The notes under the pieces were generated by a model. The model had not been told where the DNA came from. It ran no database searches and saw only the letters and a list, made by a program, of their open reading frames with translations. 64,000 bases of DNA from Victivallis vadensis (GTDB lineage Bacteria > Verrucomicrobiota > Kiritimatiellia > UBA8416 > CAMCYG01): the NCBI GenBank assembly GCA_945883775.1, contig CAMCYG010000002.1, positions 3,512 to 67,511 of the forward strand, read 5' to 3'. Of this stretch, positions 17,669 through 29,269 are shown one piece after another (the first letter of the stretch is position 1; the number at the start of each line of letters is the position of its first letter). The position numbers and the translations under genes were made by a program.

Positions 17669-18631
17669 ATGAGAATATTATCGGGTATACAGCCATCGGG
17701 TAAATTGCATATAGGCAACTATTTCGGAATGATGAGACCGGCACTTGAACTTCAAGAGAAGGGACAGGCCTTTCTGTTCATTGCCAATTACCATGCACTT
17801 ACGACCGTGACAGAACCATCAGCTCTACGGCAGGGAACGCTGGATGTCGCGCTCGATTTTCTTGCCTGCGGATTGAATCCGGAAAAGACTGTTTTCTTCC
17901 GCCAAAGCGACGTTCCCGAGGTCACTGAGCTCACATGGCTTTTATCTACTGTAACGCCAATGGGATTGCTTGAGCGCTGTCATTCCTATAAGGACAAGAT
18001 CGCTAAAGGCATAGCGCCAAGTCACGCCCTGTTCGCATATCCTGTCCTTATGGCGGCAGATATACTGGCATATCAGTCGAATCTCGTTCCGGTTGGGCGT
18101 GACCAGAAACAGCACGTGGAAGTCACGCGTGATATAGCACTGAAGTTTAACAACCAGTTCGGGCAAGTGTTCAGCATACCGGAGGTGTCGATCAGAGATA
18201 ACGTTGCGGTTGTTCCCGGAATAGACGGACAGAAGATGTCAAAGTCATACGACAACCATATCGAGATATTCGGTGATCTTAAGGAAACCAAGGCTAGGAT
18301 TATGCGAGTGGTTACAGACAGCAAAGGACTGCCTGATGTCAAGGTCCCGGAGACATGCAATGCTTTTGCGCTATACAAGCTATTCGCCACTGATGAACAG
18401 GCAAAAGCAATGGCTGACAAATACCGGGCAGGGGGGCACGGATATGGTGAAACCAAGAAGGCTTTACATCAGCTAATGACTGAATACTTCGAGCCTTTAA
18501 GAAAGAAACGCGTAGAACTTGAAAAGAATATGGACTATGTTGAATCCGTACTCAAAAAAGGGGCCGAACTGGCCAAGGCAGAAGCAGGCAGGACGCTGTT
18601 GATGGCACGGCGCGCAATGGGGCTGGGATAG
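17669..18631 (+). CDS. trpS: tryptophan--tRNA ligase
   Basis: A class I HIGH-like motif (LHIGNYFG) and a KMSKS motif are present. The 320-aa length fits TrpRS. The start was chosen at the ATG after AAGGAG; the track ORF begins 33 nt earlier. Confidence 0.9.
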   Translation: MRILSGIQPSGKLHIGNYFGMMRPALELQEKGQAFLFIANYHALTTVTEPSALRQGTLDVALDFLACGLNPEKTVFFRQSDVPEVTELTWLLSTVTPMGLLERCHSYKDKIAKGIAPSHALFAYPVLMAADILAYQSNLVPVGRDQKQHVEVTRDIALKFNNQFGQVFSIPEVSIRDNVAVVPGIDGQKMSKSYDNHIEIFGDLKETKARIMRVVTDSKGLPDVKVPETCNAFALYKLFATDEQAKAMADKYRAGGHGYGETKKALHQLMTEYFEPLRKKRVELEKNMDYVESVLKKGAELAKAEAGRTLLMARRAMGLG

Positions 18632-18672
18632 TAACTGAATTATTCATTTATAATGTAAAAATAGAAGATATT

Positions 18673-19578
18673 ATGCAACAACAAGACGATTGTAAGCTTA
18701 AGTTAGAGCTCTTCGAGGGACCACTTGACCTTCTCCTTTATCTCATTAAGAAAGAGGAAGTTGACATCTACAATATCCCGATAGAAAAGGTGACCACCCA
18801 GTATATGGAATACCTGAAGGTCATGCAGATGCTCGACCTGAACATAGCAGGAGAGTTCATTGTCATGGCCGCAACGCTGATGATGATCAAAAGCCGAATG
18901 CTGCTCCCTGTTGAGGTCCGTCCTGAGCTTGAGCAGGAAGAAGAGGACCCACGCTGGGAGCTGGTAAGGCAACTTGTCGAATATAAGAAATTCAAGGATG
19001 CGGCATCAAATCTTCAGGAAATGGAGTATTTCAATGAAAACGTCTTTCAGTTGGGTCAGGAATTAGTCATCCCAGCAGATGCTGATGCCGGCGTAGTGCT
19101 TCAGGATGTGAGCATTTTTGACCTTATCACTGCTTTCAAAGCTGCACTTTCCAAAGCAAGGCCGGACGACATACAGGACATATTCAGTGATAAATGGTCG
19201 GTTTCCGATAAGATAGATATCATAATAAGCACCATTGCGGAGAAGAAGGAAGTGCGATTTTCCTCACTGTTTCCAGAAAACGCCACAAAGCACGAAGTGA
19301 TATGCACTTTCCTTGCTCTTCTTGAATTGCTAAAGATGCGGCAGATTGATATAAAGCAGGATGCTCATTTCAGTGAGATATTGATCTGTGGTGCAAATCC
19401 GCTTGATGATATCAAAGTAGACCCTGAAATGCCACCTGAACCTGTGTTTGAGAATGCGGCGGTTGCAGCGGTCGAGGACGCTGAACCAATGGATCAGGTT
19501 ACAGAACATGTTGCAAATAAGGCAAATTCGCAATCCGATGCTAATTTGCCAAACGAAGAGGAGAACAAGAAATCGTGA
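18673..19578 (+). CDS. scpA: segregation and condensation protein A
   Basis: The N-terminal FEGPLDLLLYLIKKEEVDIYNIPI...QYMEYL block is the ScpA signature. Confidence 0.85.
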   Translation: MQQQDDCKLKLELFEGPLDLLLYLIKKEEVDIYNIPIEKVTTQYMEYLKVMQMLDLNIAGEFIVMAATLMMIKSRMLLPVEVRPELEQEEEDPRWELVRQLVEYKKFKDAASNLQEMEYFNENVFQLGQELVIPADADAGVVLQDVSIFDLITAFKAALSKARPDDIQDIFSDKWSVSDKIDIIISTIAEKKEVRFSSLFPENATKHEVICTFLALLELLKMRQIDIKQDAHFSEILICGANPLDDIKVDPEMPPEPVFENAAVAAVEDAEPMDQVTEHVANKANSQSDANLPNEEENKKS

Positions 19579-20381
19579 AGGCGGAATCATTACCAGAACT
19601 CAAGCAGTTGATCGGAGCCCTGATATTCGGGGCAAATAAAAGTGTATCTGTAGCTGAAATAAAGAAATGCGTTGACGATGTGGCAAACCAGGAGGGCGGA
19701 CAGGCCAAGATTTTTTCGGAAGCATCAGCTGCTGATATTCGCGCCGCCGTGGAGGAGCTGAGGGCTGATATACAAAAAAATAATTTCGGCTTTATTATAA
19801 ATGAAGTAGCGCATGGCTACAGATTTCACAGCGACCCAAAAGCCGGCAAATGGTTAAGGCATCTTCTGGAAATCGGACGTCCAAACAGACTATCAAGACC
19901 AGCCCTGGAGACTCTTGCGGTCATCGCATATCGGCAACCTGTCTCACGTGCAGAAATAGAGGCTATTCGCGGAGTTAATGTTGACCATATGATGAAAGTT
20001 CTACTAGAGCTTCAGTTGATAAAGATTTCAGGGAGGAGCGACTTGCCGGGCAAACCGTTTGTCTATGGGACAACCACGATATTCCTGGAACACTTTGGAC
20101 TCAAAAACATAGAGGACCTGCGCGAGCTCGAGCCTTCGCTTGTGACAGGAGCGCTTGTCTCTGCCAAGAAGCACCCGAGCAATGATCAGCCCATGCTGGA
20201 CGGAATTGCATCTGGTCCAGATGGAATAGAATCGGAAATGAAAGCACTGACTGATCCTGAATCAGAAAACAAGGAAGAAGTTATAGAGTCCGGTGATGAT
20301 ATCAGCGCAAAAGAGCAAGAAGCGAAAAAGAAGCCGACAAAAAAACGTGCAAATGCGAAAACCAATGAAGAAGACAAATAA
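19575..20381 (+). CDS. scpB: segregation and condensation protein B
   Basis: Winged-helix blocks LIGALIFGA...SVAEI and LETLAVIAYRQPVSRAEIEAIRGV are present. It overlaps scpA by 4 nt. Confidence 0.85.
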   Translation: MKAESLPELKQLIGALIFGANKSVSVAEIKKCVDDVANQEGGQAKIFSEASAADIRAAVEELRADIQKNNFGFIINEVAHGYRFHSDPKAGKWLRHLLEIGRPNRLSRPALETLAVIAYRQPVSRAEIEAIRGVNVDHMMKVLLELQLIKISGRSDLPGKPFVYGTTTIFLEHFGLKNIEDLRELEPSLVTGALVSAKKHPSNDQPMLDGIASGPDGIESEMKALTDPESENKEEVIESGDDISAKEQEAKKKPTKKRANAKTNEEDK

Positions 20382-20682
20382 AGCAATTGCAATGGCCAGT
20401 CTGACGGAATCTCGAAAGACCATCGAGCGGCTTGATGAGCAGATACTGCTATTGCTTAACAAACGCGGAATGGTAGCTTCTAGAATAGGCGAAATAAAGA
20501 AGCAGGCTGGTTTGCCTCTTGTCGATGCCAAACGCGAAACTGCGGTCATCAAGCATGCATCGGAGCGTAACACTGGCCCCTTCTGCGATAAGGCAATTGA
20601 ACGCATTTTTCGTTTAATAATGAAAGAATCTGTTTTTATACAGAAACGAAATATCAAGAACGTTGTTTCTCGCATAGGCTGA
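20365..20682 (+). CDS. chorismate mutase (monofunctional AroQ class)
   Basis: SRKTIERLDEQILLLLNKRGMVASRIGEIKK...VDAKRE is the CM_2 helical motif, and the ~100-aa size fits. Its start overlaps the scpB 3' end. The first 24 codons of the tracked ORF 20293-20682 lie inside scpB and are probably not translated. Confidence 0.75.
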   Translation: MKKTNKAIAMASLTESRKTIERLDEQILLLLNKRGMVASRIGEIKKQAGLPLVDAKRETAVIKHASERNTGPFCDKAIERIFRLIMKESVFIQKRNIKNVVSRIG

Positions 20683-20735
20683 TGCGTTTGCACGGCAAGG
20701 TGCGACTGCGCTCTATAAATCGGAAAGTAAATATT

Positions 20736-21836
20736 ATGAGCAGCTTTAGAGAGTTGGCCAATGATTGGGTCTTGAAGGCCCACATATATGAACCTGGCAG
20801 ACCGATAGAGGAGGTTGCCAGAGAGCTGAAACTTAACCCTGATAAAGTCATCAAGCTGGCTTCAAATGAGAATTCTCTGTCTCCTTCCCCAAGAGCCATT
20901 AAAGCCATGATAAAAGCAGCAGCCCAGATGCATCGATATCCTGACGGCGGCGCGTTCTATCTCAAAAAGAACCTGGCAAAGAAATTAAAGATTGATCCTT
21001 CTTGTCTGATCATCGGAAACGGAAGTAATGAGATCATTGAACTGCTTGGTCATGTATTCCTCGACGAAACATCGAACATCGTAATGGCGGAGAGGGCGTT
21101 TGTCGTCTATCGCCTGGTTGCAGAGATGTTTTCTGCGACGGTCGAGAGCATTCCTATGTTTAAGTTCACGCATGACCTTAAGTCGATGGCAACAATTATC
21201 AATGGTGACACAAAGATTGTATTTATCGGAAACCCCAACAATCCTACCGGCACAATGGTCGATGGAAAGGCAATCGATATATTCATGCAGTCTATTCCGG
21301 ACCACGTCGTGGTATGTTTCGACGAAGCTTATATTGAACTTCTCCCGGAGAATAAACAGCCTGACACTCTGAAATACGTTAAACAGGGACGCAATGTGAT
21401 CATCTTGCGGACATTTTCCAAGACGTATGGATTAGCGGGGCTCAGGGTAGGGTACGGCATTGCACCGCAGGAATGTATCGAGCTGCTAAACAAGGCCCGA
21501 CAACCTTTTAATGTTAACGCAATGGCGCTGGCTGCAGCTCAAGCTGCGCTGAATGACGATGTATTTGTCCGGCGGACAAGAAAGCTCGTTACCGATGGAC
21601 TGCACTACTTCTGTAAGTCTTTCAAGGCTATGAAGTTGGAGTATATACCTTCCGTCGCAAATTTTGTTCTTCTTAAAACTGGAAATGGAAGAGAAGTCTA
21701 TCAGAAACTTATGCAACATGGTGTTATCGTCAGGCCAATGGATCCATACGGCATGCCGGAATATATACGAGTAACGGTGGGCACAGATAAAGAAAATCGG
21801 CATTTTATCAAGGCTTTGGTCAAAGTCTTAAAGTAG
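20736..21836 (+). CDS. hisC: histidinol-phosphate/aromatic aminotransferase (HisC family class II aminotransferase)
   Basis: The KLASNENSLSP block and PLP-lysine region (SKTYGLAGLRVGY) match HisC-family enzymes. Its position in the chorismate-mutase/TyrA cluster suggests it supplies aromatic amino-acid transamination. Confidence 0.8.
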   Translation: MSSFRELANDWVLKAHIYEPGRPIEEVARELKLNPDKVIKLASNENSLSPSPRAIKAMIKAAAQMHRYPDGGAFYLKKNLAKKLKIDPSCLIIGNGSNEIIELLGHVFLDETSNIVMAERAFVVYRLVAEMFSATVESIPMFKFTHDLKSMATIINGDTKIVFIGNPNNPTGTMVDGKAIDIFMQSIPDHVVVCFDEAYIELLPENKQPDTLKYVKQGRNVIILRTFSKTYGLAGLRVGYGIAPQECIELLNKARQPFNVNAMALAAAQAALNDDVFVRRTRKLVTDGLHYFCKSFKAMKLEYIPSVANFVLLKTGNGREVYQKLMQHGVIVRPMDPYGMPEYIRVTVGTDKENRHFIKALVKVLK

Positions 21837-21868
21837 TCAAAGTCCATCAATGCATTATCGCAAAAGAA

Positions 21869-22741
21869 ATGAAGAATAAGACCATAGCAATTATCGGGTT
21901 GGGGTTAATGGGCGCTTCGCTGGGGCTAGCCATCAGGAAAGGCCGTCTGCCCTACACGGTGAATGGTTTTGCGCGGCGTTCACAGGTTCGTAAGGCTGCA
22001 CTTCAGAGAGGTGTGGTTGACCAAGTATTTTCTGACCCTGGAGAAGCAGTAAGAGACGCGGATATTGTTGTTGTATGTTTGCCAGTGTTGCTCATAAACA
22101 AGTTCATACAAAAGATCAGAAAAGACCTGAAGAAGGGTTCGATCGTCACGGATGTCGGCAGCACAAAAGTTGAAATATGCAAAGAAGCCGCAAAAACGCT
22201 CAAGGGGACTGGAGCAATTTTCATAGGGAGCCATCCGATTGCAGGCTCTGATGAGACCGGTATAGAATCGGCAACTGCAGGTCTCTACAGCGGAGCCGTA
22301 GTCGTAGTCACTGCAAAATCTGGTTCCCGTGAAGGCGCGCAGATGGCCCGACTATGGCAGTGCCTAGGTGCAAGAGTTGTTACAATGACTGCCCAGCAGC
22401 ACGACCAAGTAATCGCAAGCACAAGCCATCTGCCTCATATGGTTGCCACAATTCTGGTCGATACTGTGCTTGGATCAAATGATCACTTGATATCCATGAT
22501 GTGCGGAACGGGATTTTCAGATTCAACCCGAATCGCCGGAGGTTCCGAAGATATCTGGCATGATATAGTTAAAAGCAATAGTAAAAACATAATCAAATCG
22601 CTTAAGAAATTTGCCGGCAAGCTTACGGCCGTGATAAGGCTTATCGAGCAGCATAAGCATGGCCAACTTAAAAAACAGCTGGCAGCTATCCGTGCCAAAA
22701 GAATCAGCTGGAAGGAATTATCTGATGCAGGAAAAGCATAA
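21869..22741 (+). CDS. tyrA: prephenate (or arogenate) dehydrogenase
   Basis: An N-terminal Rossmann motif IAIIGLGLMGASLG and the conserved dehydrogenase core (HPIAGS) are present. Confidence 0.85.
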   Translation: MKNKTIAIIGLGLMGASLGLAIRKGRLPYTVNGFARRSQVRKAALQRGVVDQVFSDPGEAVRDADIVVVCLPVLLINKFIQKIRKDLKKGSIVTDVGSTKVEICKEAAKTLKGTGAIFIGSHPIAGSDETGIESATAGLYSGAVVVVTAKSGSREGAQMARLWQCLGARVVTMTAQQHDQVIASTSHLPHMVATILVDTVLGSNDHLISMMCGTGFSDSTRIAGGSEDIWHDIVKSNSKNIIKSLKKFAGKLTAVIRLIEQHKHGQLKKQLAAIRAKRISWKELSDAGKA

Positions 22742-24035
22742 TAAGACTGTAAATCCTTCCAGAACATTGTCGGGAGATATAACTGTTCCTGGCGACAAAA
22801 GTGTCTCGCACAGGTCTGTGATGCTTTCTGCAATCGCAGACGGCGACTCAATAATCAAAGGATTTCTCCAAAGCGAAGATTGCGTCAACACTCTAAAGGC
22901 CGTCGGAAAAATGGGTGTTAAGTCGCAAATCACTGGTGATGTAATAAACATAAGCGGCTGTTCCGGACAGATGCAGAAGCCTGAAAACATTCTGGATATG
23001 GGGAATTCCGGAACCGGAATGCGGCTGATGGCCGGTTTGCTTGCTACCCAGGACTTTAGCGCAGACATGACAGGTGATGCCTCACTGCGTTCACGGCCCA
23101 TGAAAAGGATTAAGGAACCTCTTGATCTTATGGGAGCCAAGGTCGAACTGATGGGCCCGAACGGCTGTGCACCTGTCAGGATAACTGGTGGCAATCTTAA
23201 AGCCATAAATTATAAACTACCCGTAGCATCTGCACAGGTAAAATCATGTGTCCTTTTCGCCGGTCTTATGGCAGATGGTAACACGGTGGTAACTGAGCCG
23301 CGGGCGACCAGAGACCACACTGAGCTATTACTTAAGGCCATGAATGCACCGATCAGCGTCAATGGATTAGAGATCAGACTGAAAGGCAGCTGCGGACGTT
23401 CGCCACACCTCAAGGCAGGAGAATGGCTGATTCCCGGTGATATATCATCAGCGGCATTCTGGATGGTAGCCGCTGCATGCCTGCCTGGTTCTGATGTTTA
23501 CATCAGAAATGTTGGGCTTAATCCACGCCGGTCTGCGATTATCGATGTACTTCTGCGAATGGGCGCTGACATCGAAGTCACGCCTTCAAATAGCAAGATG
23601 CTTTTGGAACCATGCGGCGACGTGAGAATTCGAGGAACAAGTCTGAAGGCAACTGAAGTAGAAGGTGCAGAAATCCCGAATATCATAGATGAGATCCCTA
23701 TATTGTCAGTTGCTGCGTCCTTGGCGACAGGTTCAACGGTGATACGCGACGCTGCTGAACTCAGGGTAAAAGAGTCGGACCGCATTGCGACAATGGTAAA
23801 GAACCTTTCTTCATTTGGAGTTAGCGTTGAAGAAAAAAATGATGGCATGGTGATTCATGGAGGCGCAAAGATCAGGACAGGAAAGAGCGTGGATAGTCAT
23901 GGAGATCATCGAGTTGCAATGTCCATGGCGATATTAACACTATTCGCTGATGACCTATGCGTTATAAATGATACAGCCTGTGTTGCAACATCATATCCCA
24001 CATTCTGGGATCATCTGAAAACGTTAACAAATTAA
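22725..24035 (+). CDS. aroA: 3-phosphoshikimate 1-carboxyvinyltransferase (EPSP synthase)
   Basis: PGDKSVSHRS, LGNSGTGMR and RVKESDRI motifs are present. The start was chosen at MQEKHNK; the track ORF extends 66 nt upstream into tyrA. Confidence 0.9.
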   Translation: MQEKHNKTVNPSRTLSGDITVPGDKSVSHRSVMLSAIADGDSIIKGFLQSEDCVNTLKAVGKMGVKSQITGDVINISGCSGQMQKPENILDMGNSGTGMRLMAGLLATQDFSADMTGDASLRSRPMKRIKEPLDLMGAKVELMGPNGCAPVRITGGNLKAINYKLPVASAQVKSCVLFAGLMADGNTVVTEPRATRDHTELLLKAMNAPISVNGLEIRLKGSCGRSPHLKAGEWLIPGDISSAAFWMVAAACLPGSDVYIRNVGLNPRRSAIIDVLLRMGADIEVTPSNSKMLLEPCGDVRIRGTSLKATEVEGAEIPNIIDEIPILSVAASLATGSTVIRDAAELRVKESDRIATMVKNLSSFGVSVEEKNDGMVIHGGAKIRTGKSVDSHGDHRVAMSMAILTLFADDLCVINDTACVATSYPTFWDHLKTLTN

Positions 24036-24070
24036 AGACAATCATCAGCAATCAACAAAAGCGAAGCAGC

Positions 24071-24727
24071 ATGAATAATATCATAATTGCGGTGGATGGG
24101 CCGTCTGCATCGGGTAAGTCTACGGTCTCAAAAGGATTGGCCAGAAAGCTGGGTTATAATTATGCGGACTCGGGCGCACTGTACCGCGCTATTACCTGGT
24201 ATATCCTGGACTGTCGGATAGATCCAAACAATAACGCCGCAGTCATTAAATCACTCGACGACATAAAGATGCAATTCAATGTCCTCAATGGAGTGGTGAA
24301 TTTCCTTTTAAATAACAGGTCTTTAACCAGTGAAATAAGAGCGGAGTCAATTAATAAATATGTCAGCATAGTATCCGCAGTACCAGAGGTGCGTGAACTG
24401 GTTGTCAAATGGCTAAGGTCTATGGCGGACTGCGGGAACCTTGTAATGGAGGGCAGGGACATAGGCACTGTTGTATTCCCTAATGCCTACAAAAAATTCT
24501 ACCTTGACGCGTCATCCGAAGAGCGCGCAAAGCGGCGGCATAACGAAAACGTGCCGCAATCCGAGAGCATGAGCGTAAAAGAGGTCAAAGAATCGTTATC
24601 CAACAGAGACAAGCTCGATTCTTCACGAAAAATCGCACCGCTAAGGATCGCTTCCGACGCTAAAGTTATCGATACGACAAGCATGGATATCGACCAGGTT
24701 GTCGACAAAATAGCGTCCCTTCTATAA
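24071..24727 (+). CDS. cmk: cytidylate kinase
   Basis: P-loop IAVDGPSASGKST and the motif ADSGALYRA are present. Confidence 0.9.
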   Translation: MNNIIIAVDGPSASGKSTVSKGLARKLGYNYADSGALYRAITWYILDCRIDPNNNAAVIKSLDDIKMQFNVLNGVVNFLLNNRSLTSEIRAESINKYVSIVSAVPEVRELVVKWLRSMADCGNLVMEGRDIGTVVFPNAYKKFYLDASSEERAKRRHNENVPQSESMSVKEVKESLSNRDKLDSSRKIAPLRIASDAKVIDTTSMDIDQVVDKIASLL

Positions 24728-24850
24728 AACTGATCTGTAATTTACGCTTGATTATTTTGCCAGTAAATTCAGATACGCAAAATATCGCCAATTAATGCTT
24801 GTTGTTTTGAGAATTATTGAATACTATCTCAAGTCGTTTCGAGTATTTAT

Positions 24851-25072
24851 ATGCCAAGTGATGATATAATTGAAGTAAATGGACTAGTGACCCGCGTTCT
24901 TCCGGCCACGATGTATAACGTCAAGCTGGATAACGGTCATGAGATTCTTGCGCACATTTCCGGCAAGATGAGGAAACATTTCATCAAGATCACCACTGGC
25001 GATAAAGTTACAGTCGAGATTTCCCCTTACGACCTCACGAAAGGCCGTATCACTTTCCGACACAAGGCCTAG
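24851..25072 (+). CDS. infA: translation initiation factor IF-1
   Basis: A 73-aa S1-like fold sequence ([32 protein letters not shown]) is present. Confidence 0.95.
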   Translation: MPSDDIIEVNGLVTRVLPATMYNVKLDNGHEILAHISGKMRKHFIKITTGDKVTVEISPYDLTKGRITFRHKA

Positions 25073-25097
25073 AATCAGTTCAGCTCGTTTTCTTTCA

Positions 25098-26066
25098 TCA
25101 CGCCTGTTGCTCGAATAGGGTTGTTGACAGGTAGCGCTCCCCTGAATCAGGTAGAATGACCACAATGATTTTCTTGCTAAACTCTGGCAAGTGCGACAAC
25201 CGCACTGCAGCGGCAATAGCAGCTCCGCTTGATATGCCGCATATGATGCCTTCTTCTGTGGCCATCCGCCTTGCGAAGTCAAACGCTTCTTCATTACTGA
25301 CTTTCTCAACCCTGTCTATTATCGACAAATCAAGCGTTTCTGGAATAAAGCCAGCCCCGATCCCTTGAATCATGTGAGGCGCTGGTTTTATTTCCTGCCC
25401 AGCCAGCTTCTGCGATATGACCGGGCTCCGCTCCGGTTCAACCGCAACAGACAAAACTTTCCGGCCTTTTGTATTCTTAAGAAATCTTGAAATGCCTGTA
25501 ATAGTTCCGCCCGTGCCGACTCCAGAGACAACGACATCAACTTTGCCGTCCGTATCATTCCATATCTCTGGCCCAGTGGTTTTCTCATGTATAGCAGGAT
25601 TTGACGGATTTTTGAACTGTTGTGGCATATAATAGCGCTGGGGATCCGATGCGGCGATTTCCTCGGCTTTCTTTACTGCACCTGTCATCCCTTTGGCCCC
25701 TTCTGTGAGTATAATTTTAGCTCCAAATGCATATAGCATTTTGCGTCGTTCTATGCTCATAGTGTCAGGCATGACCAAGGTCACCTTATAACCTTTTGAT
25801 GCACCTACGAAGGCAAGGGCTATACCTGTATTGCCACTGGTAGGCTCAATAATCTCCGTATTTGGAGTCAATAGGCCTTTTGACTCAGCCTCCCAGATCA
25901 TTGCGGCACCAATCCTGCACTTAATGGAGTAGGCAGGATTTCTTCCTTCGACCTTGCCAAGAACTACGGCATCTGTCAGCCCAGTAAGCTTGTTTATTCT
26001 CACTAGAGGAGTATTGCCAATGCTTAGAGAATTGTTATTATAGTATTTCACATTCAGCTCCTGCAT
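25098..26066 (-). CDS. cysK: cysteine synthase A (O-acetylserine sulfhydrylase)
   Basis: A PLP-lysine block ([10 protein letters not shown]) and the motifs [10 protein letters not shown] and [10 protein letters not shown] are present. Confidence 0.9.
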   Translation of the reverse strand: MQELNVKYYNNNSLSIGNTPLVRINKLTGLTDAVVLGKVEGRNPAYSIKCRIGAAMIWEAESKGLLTPNTEIIEPTSGNTGIALAFVGASKGYKVTLVMPDTMSIERRKMLYAFGAKIILTEGAKGMTGAVKKAEEIAASDPQRYYMPQQFKNPSNPAIHEKTTGPEIWNDTDGKVDVVVSGVGTGGTITGISRFLKNTKGRKVLSVAVEPERSPVISQKLAGQEIKPAPHMIQGIGAGFIPETLDLSIIDRVEKVSNEEAFDFARRMATEEGIICGISSGAAIAAAVRLSHLPEFSKKIIVVILPDSGERYLSTTLFEQQA

Positions 26067-26148
26067 TTATTTATTAATTTTCTATTGACTTGAAAATCAA
26101 TATATATAACTATGTTGATTATGTCAATCATGTATTAGAGAAGATTTT

Positions 26149-26586
26149 ATGAGAATATCAACAAGAGGCAGATACGCAACTAGGGTTTTAGTCAACATGG
26201 CCATAAACTATCCCGACGGGAAACCTGCAAGAAAGCAAGAGATCTCAAAATCGGAAGCAATTTCAGAAGATTACCTTGAACAGATATTTGTGAAGCTCAA
26301 GAACTCTGGAATAGTAAACAGCAAAAGGGGAATGAAAGGTGGTTTTGCACTGGCGAAGTCAGCAGCTTCAATTACAGTCGCGGAAGTGCTTGAGGCAACA
26401 GAGGGGCCGATACGACTAGTCGATTGCGCAACGGAGAATTGTCCAAAAGCCGTTTCTTGCGTAACAAAGCGATTGTGGGATCTTGCAGGGGACAAACTGA
26501 AACAGTATTTCGACGGGGTAACAATAGCCGATCTTGCTAAGCAGGCGGGAGAAGTTCGTTCAGGTTCACTAAGTTTTGAGATTTAA
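26149..26586 (+). CDS. Rrf2-family transcriptional regulator (IscR/CymR-like)
   Basis: The N-terminal wHTH MRISTRGRYATRVLVNMA...ISKSEAISEDYLEQIFVKLKNSGIV matches Rrf2. Cys residues in the C-terminal half could form an Fe-S ligand set. It is transcribed divergently from cysK and lies upstream of metY. Confidence 0.8.
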   Translation: MRISTRGRYATRVLVNMAINYPDGKPARKQEISKSEAISEDYLEQIFVKLKNSGIVNSKRGMKGGFALAKSAASITVAEVLEATEGPIRLVDCATENCPKAVSCVTKRLWDLAGDKLKQYFDGVTIADLAKQAGEVRSGSLSFEI

Positions 26587-26607
26587 ATCAAGAAAGGAAT
26601 ACGATAA

Positions 26608-27903
<1,296 letters not shown>

Positions 27904-27918
27904 GAGCATTGATACTAC

Positions 27919-27957
27919 AAAGAGGAGCAGGTCAGCACCTGCTCCTCTTTGCTTTTA
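27919..27957 (+). terminator. Rho-independent terminator after metY
   Basis: A perfect 12-bp stem (AGAGGAGCAGGT and ACCTGCTCCTCT) with loop cagc is followed by TTGCTTTTAT. Confidence 0.7.
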
Positions 27958-28002
27958 TACTTGTAAAAGTTGTCATTACAAGCGCACAGTTACAACACGA
28001 GT

Positions 28003-28638
28003 ATGGGCACTTATAATTTAAACAAGCTAATATCCAATTCCGACCTTTTCTGCGGTTTACCGGAAGATTTGATTGCAAAGATTGCCGGGTATTGCAAAGA
28101 GCGGAAACTGCGAAAGAACGAGACGCTGTTCGTGGAGGGTACAAAGGGATACGTGATGTATCTTCTGGTGGAAGGATGCATACAGCTCTCCAAAACCAGC
28201 GAGAAAGGAGATAGTGTTGTTATTCGAACAGTGCTGCCTTCAGAGGTGTTTGCCGAAGTCATGCTTTTCGAAAGCAATTTATTCCCTGTGACCGCAGTGG
28301 CCCTTAAGCCTTCAACGGTGCTTCAGCTATCCAAGTTCGATTTATCAGGACTGATGAGCAATGAAGGTATGCGTAACAAATTTATCGCCAATCTTATCGG
28401 CAGGATAAGGTATCTCACGCAAAAACTACTTGAACAGTCATCAACCAGCGCTGAAGACCGACTGATGGTATTCCTCAAAAAGCAAGGCAGGAGCACCAGT
28501 TTAGTACAGATGAAGAAAAAAGACATCGCAGCAGAAATCGGCGCCAAGCCGGAGACTCTGTCGAGATTGCTCTTTAAATTGAGAAAAAGACGTGCAATCT
28601 CAGTAAAAGAGGGTAAGATATCGGTCATAGGGGTTTAG
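28003..28638 (+). CDS. Crp/Fnr-family transcriptional regulator
   Basis: It has a cNMP-binding beta-roll (FVEGTKGYVMYLLVEGCIQL) and a C-terminal HTH (KKDIAAEIGAKPETLSRLLFKL). The start was chosen at the first ATG; the track ORF begins at an upstream TTG. Confidence 0.8.
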   Translation: MGTYNLNKLISNSDLFCGLPEDLIAKIAGYCKERKLRKNETLFVEGTKGYVMYLLVEGCIQLSKTSEKGDSVVIRTVLPSEVFAEVMLFESNLFPVTAVALKPSTVLQLSKFDLSGLMSNEGMRNKFIANLIGRIRYLTQKLLEQSSTSAEDRLMVFLKKQGRSTSLVQMKKKDIAAEIGAKPETLSRLLFKLRKRRAISVKEGKISVIGV

Positions 28639-28644
28639 TTTACT

Positions 28645-29019
28645 ATGTATGAATTGACAGAAAAACAGTGGACGGATCTTAGTAAAAGAATAGCACGCTC
28701 CAAATTCAGATCGAAGTTCAAGATGTCAGATGAGGAAGCCACTTACGCAAGAAGCCGTGGCAAGGAGATACTCATCAAACATGCATATGACTTTCTGATC
28801 AAGCGCCTTGCACCAGCCCAGCCGCAAAATGAAGGCAGACAAACGCCAGTGAAAGGACATCCTGTATTCATAGCCCAACACGCAACCGGCACATGCTGCA
28901 GAGCGTGCCTTGAGAAATGGCACAAGATAAAGCAGGGGGTAAAGCTTAAGAAATCAGAAATTGATTACGTTGTAGGCGTTGTTATAAAATGGATCACTGA
29001 TAAAGCACCTCTGACTTGA
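28645..29019 (+). CDS. DUF4186-family protein
   Basis: The conserved HATGTCCRACLEKWH block matches my recollection of DUF4186. Function is unknown. Confidence 0.6.
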   Translation: MYELTEKQWTDLSKRIARSKFRSKFKMSDEEATYARSRGKEILIKHAYDFLIKRLAPAQPQNEGRQTPVKGHPVFIAQHATGTCCRACLEKWHKIKQGVKLKKSEIDYVVGVVIKWITDKAPLT

Positions 29020-29216
29020 GTTGAGCTTTCTGACTACTAGCGTTTTTGCCTAATTCTTCACTATTTATTCAGGAACTTACCCGCAGCACTACATGCAGCG
29101 CTTTGGGCAAGCATGCGATACAGGCCGGCTCTTCTGCAAAAAATGCTGATAATGGATGGCAATACGTTCCTCCCAAAACAAACCAGCGAATCTGGATGCT
29201 AAAATCAATCTACTTT

Positions 29217-29245
29217 TTGACCGGTAAAATGCAGTTGCATTTAAT
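29217..29245 (+). promoter_or_regulatory. putative sigma70-type promoter of the rib operon leader
   Basis: A TTGACC element, a 17-nt spacer and TTTAAT sit about 25 nt upstream of the riboswitch P1 helix. Confidence 0.4.
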
Positions 29246-29269
29246 TTGGGCTATCGGCTATATTAATCA

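Noticed and set aside
20262-20783. 173-aa minus-strand ORF
   Set aside because: It is antisense to the chorismate mutase and to the scpB 3' end and hisC 5' end. It has no conserved features.
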